Source: Antedon mediterranea
Taxonomy: Eukaryota; Animalia; Echinodermata
Length of the DNA stretch: 64,000 nucleotides
NCBI RefSeq assembly: GCF_964355755.1
Contig: NC_092674.1
Span: 18,290,001 to 18,354,000 of the forward strand
Reading direction: 5' to 3'
The stretch's first letter is position 1; every line of letters starts with the position of its first letter. Positions 12,063 to 22,600 of the stretch are shown here, in pieces. Below the pieces are notes generated by a model. It ran no database searches and was not told the origin of the DNA. It saw nothing but the letters and a program-made list of their open reading frames with translations. Both the position numbers and the translations under genes were made by a program.

Positions 12063-13121
12063 ATGGACAGACTATTAAGTTCTACGTACTACGACCCAAA
12101 AAACCCTGGTAGTTTCGGGGGTGTCGATCGACTTTATACAAACGTGAAAAATGACTCTAATATTTCAAAGACTGACGTTCAAGACTGGTTAGAAAAACAA
12201 GATACGTACACTCTTCATAAACCTATTCAAAGACGTTTTCAGAGAAACAGGGTGTTTGTTACAGCTATTGACGAGCAGTGGGAATTGGATCTCGTTGACT
12301 TGTCTTCTTTAAAAAAGTATAATAAACAAAACACGTTTCTTATTACGTGTATAGACGTACTTAGTAAATATGCATGGGTTTTACCTATAAAGAATAAATC
12401 TGCCGATTCTATGCTTACTGCTATGAAAAAACTATTATCTGGAAAAAGAAAGCCATTAAAAATTCACACTGATAAAGGTACAGAGTTTACTAATCGTAAA
12501 GTTCAAGCGCTCCTAAAATCGTTGAATATACATTTTTTCACTACCAATAACGAAACAAAAGCTAGCGTCGTGGAAAGATTCAATAGATCGTTGAAAACTA
12601 GGATGTGGAGATACTTTACATCAAAAGCTACGCGAAAATATATAGACGTACTTCCAAAATTGGTATCGAGTTACAATAATTCTAAACACAGATCAATCGG
12701 TATGGCGCCCTCACAGGTTACAAAAGATAACGAACATGAAGTTTTGGAAAATCTGTATAAAATGAAGCAAAAGAAACAAGTTCGGCCCAAGTTCAAAGAG
12801 GGTAATAAAGTACGAATAAGTAGATACAAAATGCCTTTCGAGAAAGGTTACCTGGCAAACTGGACGGAGGAGATATTTAGGATACGTAAGCGTACCGGTT
12901 CGACCGTTCCCACATATAAACTGGAGGATTGGGACGGCGAAATCATAGAAGGTACTTTTTACGAAAAGGAATTGCAAAAAGTATCCAAAAGCGACAAGGA
13001 TACGTATCGCGTGGAAGAAGTAATAAAGAAAAGAAAACGAGGAGGGAAAACGGAATATTTCGTTAAGTGGTTAGGTTATCCGGCCAAGTTCAACAGTTGG
13101 GTTCAGAATATTGCCCGGTAA
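12063..13121 (+). CDS. Polinton retroviral-type (rve) integrase with C-terminal chromodomain
   Basis: YYDPKNPGSFGG start; DDE triad in WELDLVD, HTDKGTEF and VVERFNRSLK; chromodomain YRVEEVI...EYFVKWLGYPAKFNSWV. The ORF track starts at 12027; ATG 12063 is more likely. Confidence 0.95.
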   Translation: MDRLLSSTYYDPKNPGSFGGVDRLYTNVKNDSNISKTDVQDWLEKQDTYTLHKPIQRRFQRNRVFVTAIDEQWELDLVDLSSLKKYNKQNTFLITCIDVLSKYAWVLPIKNKSADSMLTAMKKLLSGKRKPLKIHTDKGTEFTNRKVQALLKSLNIHFFTTNNETKASVVERFNRSLKTRMWRYFTSKATRKYIDVLPKLVSSYNNSKHRSIGMAPSQVTKDNEHEVLENLYKMKQKKQVRPKFKEGNKVRISRYKMPFEKGYLANWTEEIFRIRKRTGSTVPTYKLEDWDGEIIEGTFYEKELQKVSKSDKDTYRVEEVIKKRKRGGKTEYFVKWLGYPAKFNSWVQNIAR

Positions 13122-13126
13122 ACATC

Positions 13127-13903
13127 ATGACGGCTCAGTTTTACGTCCTCTTACCTAGCAACAGTTCCATGAACTGTTTTCCCGAAAATACTCTTACGAG
13201 ATACACGACCAAGCTGGCGGAGCCTATTCATTTGTACGGTGAATGGGAGGTTGGTTTAAGTGAAATTTATTATCCCCACACGTGGTATAACGTCGACGAT
13301 ACCAACAATAAATTGCTGGTGAATATAAGAGATAACGAATTAGAAGAAGAAGACTCGTCGATCGAAATAGCTATAGCCCCAGGGTTTTATTCAACCGGAG
13401 GTAAAGTGATTGATGCTCTTAACGAGGTTTTGGTTTCAAAGTCGTTACAGTCCAAAGTGAGATTTCGGTTCAGCTCAATTAAAGAAGTGATTAACGTGGA
13501 AACCGCCAAAGAAGCATCAGTTACGCTATTAAATGGATTACCCATATTACTCGGTATGGACGAATCATCGATTCCCCGAGGATCTATTACACACGGTTCT
13601 AGACCCGCGTACATTCATCACAGAGTGCCGACGTTGTTTTTGTACACCGATATAATCGAATCTCAACGAGTTGGAGACGCGAGCGTCCCTATTTTGAAAG
13701 CGCTACAAACCAGAGAATCAAACATGAAGAAAAATGTCGGACATACGTTTGCTAGTCCTCAATACAAAAGGGTGGTGAAAAAAGATATCGATACCATCCT
13801 TATAGATATAAGAAACGACACGGGAGAAAAGGTATCATTTCAACGAGGAAGGGTTCTCGCTAAACTACATTTCAGACAGGCCAGATCGTCGTACCTCGTT
13901 TAA
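13127..13903 (+). CDS. Polinton minor capsid (penton-like) protein
   Basis: FYVLLPSNSS..FPENT...YTTKL...GEWEVGLSEI and LFLYTDIIE.QRVGD..VPIL...IDIRNDTGEKV.F...LHFR, typical of Polinton minor capsid proteins; canonical position after the integrase. Confidence 0.85.
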   Translation: MTAQFYVLLPSNSSMNCFPENTLTRYTTKLAEPIHLYGEWEVGLSEIYYPHTWYNVDDTNNKLLVNIRDNELEEEDSSIEIAIAPGFYSTGGKVIDALNEVLVSKSLQSKVRFRFSSIKEVINVETAKEASVTLLNGLPILLGMDESSIPRGSITHGSRPAYIHHRVPTLFLYTDIIESQRVGDASVPILKALQTRESNMKKNVGHTFASPQYKRVVKKDIDTILIDIRNDTGEKVSFQRGRVLAKLHFRQARSSYLV

Positions 13904-13929
13904 AAAAAAACAACAACAAATAAATAAAG

Positions 13930-14316
13930 ATGGGGGCAGATGATTACGAAGATTACTACGTCAGACAGGCTGGAGGTATCGACATACCGGTGTTCCAAGG
14001 GTCGTACAATCAAAGAGGGTTCGGGTTGGGAGGTATCTTGTCCGGTCTCTTTAAACAGGCTGTACCGCTGCTAAAGAAAGGTGCAAAGGCTCTCGGAAAA
14101 CAAGCATTGCGCACGGGTGGTGAATTAGTGGGAGATGTTCTGAGCGGTAAAAACGTTAAACAAGCTGCAAAACGTAGATTTACTCAGGCGGGTCAACGTA
14201 TCGTTTCCCAAAATGGTAACGGTAGGGTGAATAAAAAGAGAAAACGTAAGCGTAAAGGCATCAGTCGATCGAACGCAAAGAGAGTAAGAAGATCCTCCGA
14301 TATATTCGATATCTAA
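13930..14316 (+). CDS. Small basic virion protein with amphipathic helix (putative membrane-lytic/core protein)
   Basis: YEDYYVRQAGG...QRGFGLGGILSGLFKQAVPLLKKGAKALGKQAL and a K/R-rich tail; sits directly before the major capsid gene. Confidence 0.75.
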   Translation: MGADDYEDYYVRQAGGIDIPVFQGSYNQRGFGLGGILSGLFKQAVPLLKKGAKALGKQALRTGGELVGDVLSGKNVKQAAKRRFTQAGQRIVSQNGNGRVNKKRKRKRKGISRSNAKRVRRSSDIFDI

Positions 14317-14319
14317 AAA

Positions 14320-15642
14320 ATGGCTTTTGTACACAATCACTCGTGCGAGTGTTTAAAATCGGAATTGGACTTGTTTTCTGTACCACCGACACAGACTAGT
14401 ATAACCAAAGGACAATGGGTGCAATATCATCCTTTCAACAGTATCACCGACGTGGGCCCCTTGCAATTCAACATACAAGGGTCTAGCGAGGAATACATGG
14501 ATTTGTCGCAGACGATGCTTAATGTTAAACTAAAAATTACTAAACAAGACGGAACCGATCTCCAGCCCGCCGATCCGGTAGGCCCTGCCAATTTACTTTT
14601 GCAATCATTGTTTAGCGAAGTTGACGTTTCTTTGAACGAGAGGTTGATTACCCCTTCGACAAATACTTATTCGTATAGGGCATTAATTGAAACATTACTG
14701 ACTTATGGATCCGATGCCAAGAATACACACCTCACGGGTGGGTTGTTTCATAAAGACACGGCAGGTAAAATGGATGTAGCTGACCCTACGCTAGCCGAAA
14801 ATGCGGTGAATAAAGGTCTTAAAAAACGGGCTCAATACATTGGTGGTAGTCGTTTTGTCGACTTGATTGGACCTATTCATTGCGATATATTTTTCCAAGA
14901 TCGGATGATGCTCAACGGTGTAGATGTCAAAATTAAACTGCATCGAAGTAAAAACGCATTTAGTCTCATGTCTTCAGATGCCGCGGCCGGTTTTAAGATC
15001 CGCCTGGAAGACGCGTCCTTGTTTGTTCGCAAGGTCCGCCTGAACCCGTCTATCGCGCTAGCCCACGCAAAAGCTCTGGAACGCGGTCCGGCCAAATACC
15101 CGCTGCGTCGCGTTGAGGTCAAGACATTAACTATACCGCGCGGTAATCTATCGTTTACGAGGGAATCGCTGTACAACGGTAATCTACCGAAACGCCTGGT
15201 TGTAGGACTGGTGACCACCGAAGCATTCAACGGTAGCTACGAGAAGAATCCCTACAATTTTCAACATTTCAACACCAATTTCCTGGCTCTATATATTGAC
15301 GGTGAGCAAGTACCGTGGAAACCGTTAAAACCAACGTTCGAAGACGGAGGCAACTACATGCTGGCGTATCAGAGTCTATTTTCGGGTTCTAACACGTTGT
15401 TCCAGGATACCGGAAATCAGATTTCTAGAGACGATTATCCTAAAGGCTATTCGTTGTTTGCTTTTGACCTGACTCCCGATTTGGCAAATGCCGGACATTT
15501 TAATCTAATTCGGCAAGGAAATATACGTTTAGAAATTCAGTTTTCTACGGCTTTGACCGAGACCATCAACATTTTAGTTTATTCAGAATTTGATTCAATC
15601 ATAGAAATTGACAAGTCTCGTAACGTAATTATAGATTTTTAA
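14320..15642 (+). CDS. Polinton major capsid protein (double jelly-roll, hexon-like)
   Basis: 440 aa: SCECLKSELDLF.VPPTQT, NLLLQSLFSEVDV.LN, YSYRALIETLL.YG, AFNGSY.KNPYNFQHF, GYSLFAFDLTPD. Confidence 0.92.
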   Translation: MAFVHNHSCECLKSELDLFSVPPTQTSITKGQWVQYHPFNSITDVGPLQFNIQGSSEEYMDLSQTMLNVKLKITKQDGTDLQPADPVGPANLLLQSLFSEVDVSLNERLITPSTNTYSYRALIETLLTYGSDAKNTHLTGGLFHKDTAGKMDVADPTLAENAVNKGLKKRAQYIGGSRFVDLIGPIHCDIFFQDRMMLNGVDVKIKLHRSKNAFSLMSSDAAAGFKIRLEDASLFVRKVRLNPSIALAHAKALERGPAKYPLRRVEVKTLTIPRGNLSFTRESLYNGNLPKRLVVGLVTTEAFNGSYEKNPYNFQHFNTNFLALYIDGEQVPWKPLKPTFEDGGNYMLAYQSLFSGSNTLFQDTGNQISRDDYPKGYSLFAFDLTPDLANAGHFNLIRQGNIRLEIQFSTALTETINILVYSEFDSIIEIDKSRNVIIDF

Positions 15643-15644
15643 TT

Positions 15645-16169
15645 ATGAACACGATACAACTATTGAGGTTAATTAAATCAGATCCGTTGGCTAGTGGATA
15701 CTTTCGAGGGGTGTACCCGTCTGACTTGTTACCTTTAGGGCATACGGGATATCCTAGAGCTTACATAGCAAACGTTGAGCCTAGCAATCAAAACGGTTCG
15801 CATTGGGTAGCTTTCTTTTTTAACAACTTAAACAAAGGTGAATTTTTCGATTCTTTTGGGAACCCCCCAAATTACTATAGTAATCATTTTGTTAATTTTC
15901 TCGATAACTCTGTAGAAAGTTGGACATTTAACGATAAAGCGTTACAAGCGCCCTTGTCTACGGTATGCGGACAGTATTGTATTTTTTATATTCTTCATAA
16001 ATGTAGAAGAGTGGATACGTCCACGATAGTAAATATGTTTGGTAAAGATAAACCATCCAATGATTGGTTCGTCAATGATTTTGTAAAACGTCGATACGAT
16101 GTTAACTTACCCGTATACGATAGTGAATATATTAAAGTACAATTTGTCAAAATGTTATTGAATGCGTAG
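15645..16169 (+). CDS. Adenain-like cysteine maturation protease
   Basis: Catalytic motifs GSHWVA (His), FFDSFG (Asp) and LQAPLSTVCGQYC (oxyanion Gln, Cys). Confidence 0.93.
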   Translation: MNTIQLLRLIKSDPLASGYFRGVYPSDLLPLGHTGYPRAYIANVEPSNQNGSHWVAFFFNNLNKGEFFDSFGNPPNYYSNHFVNFLDNSVESWTFNDKALQAPLSTVCGQYCIFYILHKCRRVDTSTIVNMFGKDKPSNDWFVNDFVKRRYDVNLPVYDSEYIKVQFVKMLLNA

Positions 16170-16306
16170 TAAATAAAAATTGTTTTTTTTTAAATGGATA
16201 TGTTTTGGACGTTTTATTTATCGAACGACTACAACAACAAATTAGAGTTTATTTCTTTTTTTATTCAACTCCTTTCCTCATTATAGTACATAAAGATTAA
16301 TGTTTT

Positions 16307-17076
16307 TTAAAAATTTAACCATTTAGGTTTAGGTTGTCTAGTTGAACGCCGCTTAGCAGGCGCTCGAAAGGTAAGTTTTTCATCCTCATCATCATCTTCA
16401 CTGAAGTCATAGTCCTCCTCATTCTTTCGTTTAGGTAGTGCGTGAGGAGGTGTACCGCTCGATTTAATTCTTTGTAAGGTACGACGTCTCGTCGGATTTC
16501 CAATCAAACTTTCTGGGGTGTTCAATTTCGCCAATACCGTTATAAAATCCCTCCAGCCTATAGGTTCAAATCCTTTCTTTTCTTGTATTATATCTTTAGT
16601 CAAATCTAGTAAATTACTCCCCTTTACCATTTGTCCTTCGATTAGTAGTTCACCGTATCTTGACCAATCAATTACTCCCATCTTCCGGTAACGGTCTAGT
16701 CGGTCCAGAAATGTTTTTGTTTTGGATTTCAACGATGAGGGCATACTTTGTAGTATTTCTTTAGATATAGAGTCCGTATAATCTTCTTTAGATTCTGCGC
16801 CATTTTCGTTTATTTCAACGTTCCCCGTTTGTTGTACGTTCAAGCTCATAGGTGAAGGGTTATTTACGGGTTTCTCTTTATTTAAATATCGTTGAAGTAC
16901 TTGATTGTACATGGTAATTTTATCGTAATCGTGCAAGTCATCCCTTTCGAGTATACCCTTCATAGAATTATCTAAACCAGAGTGATTGTCTCGTGATTTT
17001 TCTCGTAACGTTTACTGTACAGAGCCGTATTTGCCAGTTCTTGGGGTATCAATACCATTTTCTTGGTGTGCTGCAT
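16307..17076 (-). CDS. Conserved Polinton protein of unknown function; N-terminus in a different frame
   Basis: The main frame 16963..16307 has GELLIEG..VKGSNLLDL...PIGW..F...L..LNTPESLIGN. An upstream ATG at 17076 (MQHTKKMVLIPQE) is out of frame by one base. Confidence 0.7.
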
Positions 17077-17402
17077 TATTTCAAAAGTAAACTACCCAAT
17101 GTTTGTAGAATCGGTTGTAATATAAGACCGAGGAAGCCGCCCTTTTGAATAAGTAAACGTTTTCTCTTGAGAGGCGAAATGCTTTTATTGGTAATATCGC
17201 GCATGTGTTTCTTGTACCGAGCCAACTTCTTCTTGTGAGCGTTGGATACTTGCACTCGACCTTTTAAAACATTCATTGCGCATTCGCACAAAGCCGTCAC
17301 CAGTTGATCGTCCGCGTTTTCCAAGATAATTTTTCTTTGACGCGGTGAACAGTGGGCTAGGAAACGAATAGTTTCAGCGTTCTTTTTGATACGTTTCGAC
17401 AT
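17076..17402 (-). CDS. Small basic Polinton protein ending in QKGGFL + amphipathic helix (adenovirus pX-like tail)
   Basis: MSKRIKKNAE...ALCECAMNVLKG...LLIQKGGFLGLILQPILQTLGSLL. Confidence 0.75.
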   Translation of the reverse strand: MSKRIKKNAETIRFLAHCSPRQRKIILENADDQLVTALCECAMNVLKGRVQVSNAHKKKLARYKKHMRDITNKSISPLKRKRLLIQKGGFLGLILQPILQTLGSLLLK

Positions 17403-17451
17403 GATGTTGGTAAATAGGTAAATGAATAAATAGAACGGTACAGGCTGCGTT

Positions 17452-18087
17452 TTATATTCTAGGCACGTAAACAAAGTGATTAGTTTTTGAAAATATGTTA
17501 CTTCTAACTCTCATTTCCTCAGGGGTATTTGCTTTTAGATCGATTAAAAGAAAACCGTACGGTACGCGGGTAGCGTCTTCAAAAGCCTCCTGTAAAAAAC
17601 GTCCTTTACCGGGGTACATTTGTTTAGATAGATTAGCTATTTGTGATTTATCCCGAGGGTTTTTAAATAGTATTATGTAGTGAGCGTTTAAAGTAATGGT
17701 GCGGATTTCTTTAGAACCGTAAAAAAAGTTTTGCATAATGAATATAACCGAAATGTTTCTATGATGCGATCCCTTTGTAAACATGTTTACTACTCTTTTA
17801 TCGCGGCTACACTCGGTCATTAAATCATCGATGATTACTAAATGGTTTTTTGACGGTTCCATCGTTTCTATCGAATCCATAGGTATCCCCTCTATAAATT
17901 GAATGTTGTTAATAGACCCGCTCAGTTCGGTGAAAAGGGGCTGATATTCCCCATAACACCACGTGATGTCATCGAACGGCTTGTCGAAATAATTACTTTC
18001 CAATAACTGCTTCACGAAATATGATTTTCCCGATGAGGTCGGTCCGCTAATTACGGCGGTGAAGGGGGTTACCAGTACACACGTCAT
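17452..18087 (-). CDS. A32/FtsK-like genome packaging ATPase
   Basis: Walker A GPTSSGKS, Walker B LVIIDDLM, and KGSHHRNISVIFIMQN, RTITLNAHY, PYGFLLIDL. Likely start ATG 18087. Confidence 0.93.
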   Translation of the reverse strand: MTCVLVTPFTAVISGPTSSGKSYFVKQLLESNYFDKPFDDITWCYGEYQPLFTELSGSINNIQFIEGIPMDSIETMEPSKNHLVIIDDLMTECSRDKRVVNMFTKGSHHRNISVIFIMQNFFYGSKEIRTITLNAHYIILFKNPRDKSQIANLSKQMYPGKGRFLQEAFEDATRVPYGFLLIDLKANTPEEMRVRSNIFSKTNHFVYVPRI

Positions 18088-18320
18088 CTTCAGTTTCAAT
18101 GAGTCATAGCTTTTGTATATCGGTATTTTATAACGAGGGGGGTTCCTTATCACATCACTCTATTTCAAAAACTGTCAACTAATGAAAGGGAGAGAGGGCC
18201 GATATTATAAACCAATAGGAGCTTAATAATGATAATTACGTTAACAAATGATTGTATATCAAAACAAAAAAAAAAATCAATTCCAACGTCATTAGCGTCT
18301 GTGTACTAATAGAGAGAGAA

Positions 18321-18834
18321 ATGGCAGATTTGGAAAAACTGACTTTATCGTACATTGAATATAAATTAACGGGGGTAGTTGTGTGGGACTCCCCAATCCT
18401 TTATAGTACTATTCGCCTTTGTAACGAGGTGGAGAAAAAGTATGGTTTGATTGCCTTGTGTAAAGACATTACTACGGAGACGTTGGATAGTGTGTTGAAA
18501 GAAATGATGATAGACCAAAATATACACGTCGGTAGACTCGTGACAGGAATTTCAGTGTGCGCACGTGTTGCGATACAGTGTGATACTGATTTAGAATTAG
18601 AAATCGTTAAACGCATATCCTGCGAATTTGTGAAGGAAAAGTTTTCTTTATTGGAACTTTGTAACGACAGTGATTTGGTAAGTAAATTTCTTTTTCTTGT
18701 TATTCTCATTTTAGTAATTAAGTGTTTTTTTTTTTACATTATCTTTTATTTATTATTATTATTATTATTTATAGGAACTTGTTCTGTGTAGTAAGAAGCT
18801 AGGAATTAACAGAGCATGGTACTTGATCGACTGA
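18321..18834 (+). CDS. Bcl-2-family-like protein; candidate exons 18321-18677 and 18775-18834, or unspliced to 18791
   Basis: BH4-like LTLSYIEYKL, BH3-like IRLCNEVEKKY and BH1-like VLKEMMIDQNIHVGRLV...ARVA. GTAAGT donor at 18678, TTTATAG acceptor at 18774, AATAAA near 18889. Confidence 0.65.
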
Positions 18835-19124
18835 CTAGTAGGCATTTGTATAGCCTTGCTGGAACAAACTGTTTGGTGACATTGGATAAATAAAATATTT
18901 AAACAAGGAAGAGGAGAGATTACAATATTTATATTGGATAGGATAAAATAAAAATACAGTCAACACTACGCATGTCTTTTGTTGTTGTTGTTGTCGTCGT
19001 CATCGTCGTCGTCTACGTTAAGAAACAGACAAGTATATAATATTATAAACAAGTACGGTGTATACATTTATTTCTCGTAAAACAAAATTATGATAAAGAA
19101 AATAATTATTTACAAAAATAAATT

Positions 19125-19505
19125 TGAAACGGTAACGATATAAGAATTCAAAAGGAAAAAATATTTAAATTAAAATTACAAAATATATTTACTTTATCTA
19201 CAAAAATAGAAACGGTATCGACTTTATAAACTTTATAAACAAAATTGAAAATGTATAAAAAATATTTACATTAAAACTTAAAATATAATTTGCTTAAACT
19301 ACAAAAAAAAAAGGAAACGGTAACGACATAAGAATTCAAATGTAAAAAATATTTAAATTAAAATTACAAAATATATTTACTTAATCTACTAACAGAGAAA
19401 CGGTACCGACTTTATAAACAAAATTAAAAGAAAATTTGATTAAAAACATGTATAAAAATATTTACATTAAAACTACAAATATATTTTGCTTAAGCTACAA
19501 AAAAG
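19125..19505. repeat. Imperfect tandem duplication (~190-bp unit x2) between convergent Bcl-2-like and pPolB 3' ends
   Basis: GAAACGGTAACGA(T/C)ATAAGAATTCAAA...GAAACGGTA(T/C)CGACTTTATAAAC occurs at ~19126 and ~19314. Confidence 0.75.
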
Positions 19506-19636
19506 AAAACGAATTTATAAAGGAAATTGAGTGCATGAAATTACATAAAAAGTAACAATTAATTATTTATATATATAAAAAAAAAAAAAGTAAGTTATAT
19601 TTTAAAAGAAAAAAAGATGAAATTTATTGCAGTGAT

Positions 19637-22600
19637 TTACCAAACATAACCGTAAGGAACTGTACGATAATTTTCGATAATAATTCTTTTATCGTACACG
19701 ATTCGATAGTCTTTAGTCGATGTTTCGTTGACTATCTTACGTGTTTTTGGCTTGCGCGTTATGCGATTCTTCTCAACTGTCTTAATTGTATTAGGACCAA
19801 TACCTCTTACCATATTGGAGACGGTGTCAAAGTTAATTTTCTGAGCGTTTGTAAAATTAAGGGTAAAACCTTTAACTTTACAAACGGTCTTCCCTGTATC
19901 CAATTTATAGGCGTAGTTCTTAGCCCCCCCAGAAACAAAGGACTCGATGTACTTACCGTCTTTAGGGTCGACCTCGGTCGTTAACTGACCCAAGTAGTCG
20001 CCCAGGGGAGGGTCCCAAACCCCGGGTTTTGACACGTAGATTACGCTGTCGGTATCGTAATACAGGACACGTTCCTGTAATTTCTCCAACAGCTCGTATA
20101 ATTTTAAACGCGCTAGCGCAGTGGTAAATGCGGCAATGACAACGTTAACCTTTCGGTTAACTTCAACAAATTGTTCCTCGTCTTCGTATTTTATTTCAGC
20201 CAAATCATCATTAACAAAATTTAGATCATGAACGACTACCCGTGGGTTCGATAAAATATCGTAAACCTCGTTAGGATCTTGCGTATATTTAATTCTCGTG
20301 AGATTTTCACGCTGACCAAATTTACCCCAAAAACTATTTAGCATTAATTTGGCCAGAGATCGAAGCCCAGGATTGTACGCAATGTCGTCATGATTCAAGT
20401 CGATACCTTCTACGGTTCGATAGTCCGAAATATATTTTTGTTTATCTTCGGGCGTTTTACACCATTCAGGCCAACCCGAAGCTTCTTGTTTCAATTTTAA
20501 AAATGTGTTAATGTAAGAGGCAAATAGACCGGACGAGGGAGAATCTGCAGAGTACGCGCTTTTATTTTTAAAGTGCCATACTACGTGAACTTTACGTATC
20601 TCGTACCCAACCTCCACGGCTTTAGCGACCTCGATCGTTGCCCAAGAACCTGTAAATTCTCTATCTGTACCAGAATGATTGCAAGCGGTTTGTTGTTGAG
20701 AATCGACGCATGTTCTACAGAGAGCAAACATTAATTTACCGTTTGATCTATAAGGTAAGACTGGATGGAATAAATTTTTAGGCGCTTCGATAGTACACTT
20801 TATCAAACCGAAATACTCGTTGATATCTGTGGACATGTCTTTGCGATCATCGATTTCAGGATGTCCTACGGGGTAGGTACCGTATTTATTTACATAAGGG
20901 TACAAGGAAGTATAATCGATGTAATTAATTTCTTCACCCGGTTTTACCTTATAGAACAAACAACTGGCATTAGTCCTCCCACCGAAAAACGCGTCTCTTG
21001 GATTCAAAGTTTGCCTAATGAAAGGAACTTTGGAGACGATAGATTTAATGTTAGGGGCCAGCGATTGTTTGATCCGTTTCCATTCGTGTTCCCAAATTTC
21101 GACGTACTCAAAATCTGGAAATTGCTCCTTCAGAAACCGTGTTTTCTTGCTTGTTTTGACAAAGCATTCCAACATGGTTTCGTTAGTGAAGGGGTTAATG
21201 GAATCGGATCTATAACAATCTTGGCACCCGTGGAACAAACAACCCATAAATTCAAAAATAATTTTGTTTTCTAAACATGCGCCGTCGACAAAGTAAGGCC
21301 CAAACATTTTTTCCCCTCCATTTCTCGCATGATGGATAAAGACCCCCCTTTTATGCGACTCGTAGCACAACCATTCCATGCTAGAGTGAGAATGGTTAAC
21401 GGTTGTTAGATACCCTGATGGAGGAAATAAAGCGATGGTGGATGGTTTTAAAAAATTTCTAGAAAAGACGTGATTACACGCCGAGGCAATTGTCATTAAA
21501 TTATTTGAAAAGGGGTCAACGCCTCCGAGTAGAGGGTTTTTCGGTGATGTAGTTACTTTCAAAAAAAGATGCCTAAAAGTAAGGCAACACTTTCTGAGAA
21601 TATCCACATCGCTGATGCAATACTCGACGAGTTCTTTTTGGAGATTGAAAATTTGATTAGTTACAATTTTCTGATTATACCATTTAAAGAATGAATCTCG
21701 GCCTGAAGCAGTCATTTTATCGGGGGAATAGGTGGAAGAATCGGGATAAGGACCTACGTAATTTTTATTTTCTAAAGTATTGAAATAATGAGGAAAGTAA
21801 CCTTTTTTTAGCTCGGAGATGCCAAAAGTTTTGGGTAATTTGGATAGAGACATGGGTAGAAATGAAAGGGAATCAATGAATCGGATACTCGTTTCTTTAA
21901 CCTTAATTGAAATAGGTTTACCACCGCGTGCAATAATATCTGGTACAATACAGTTTTTGTATAGGTACTCGAGCACGAAGTAACTATCGTAGCCCTGGAG
22001 GTTGTGAGCGATACACGTAATGTTATGATTATATTTGTATTCGTTAAAAATGTAATTGCAGAAATCTACGCATGCAGTCTCCCCGTGAAAAGTCATTGAT
22101 TTCTCCCCACACACGTCACACTCGGCAGAGTCATTAGCACCATCGATACAATTAAGACAAGTTTTTTGAAGAACGCATAAATTTGGTTTGTGTTCGCCAG
22201 TTTCTTGCGTGCATTCAAAATCAAAAAAGAAATATTTAGTGACAGCCCTTTTTTGGTCCTCCTGATTCTTAAACTTTTTTTCAGCATGTTTAGGGGCTAC
22301 AACCGGTTCCATGTAGCATTGATGATCGTATGAAACGAAAGTCCGACAAATTCTACAAAAACGGTTTTGACAATTGTGATCTTTTTGAATGATCCTATCA
22401 CAAGTTGTACAATTTTTAATTTTGTCACATACTGAAACTTTTTTAGAATCAGGAGATTTTTTATGATTGGTGAAACATTGCTGGTTTTTAAAAAATCTAT
22501 TGCACTCTTTACACTCTACAGTATTATTTACAGATACGTTAATAGAAGGGTCACATTCGTGATGCTTACAGAGTACACACGTGTATTGACACTTGTGAGA

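Noticed and set aside
14877-15230. Antisense ORF within the capsid gene, and similar ones within pPolB and integrase
   Set aside because: Opposite-strand shadows with no motifs.
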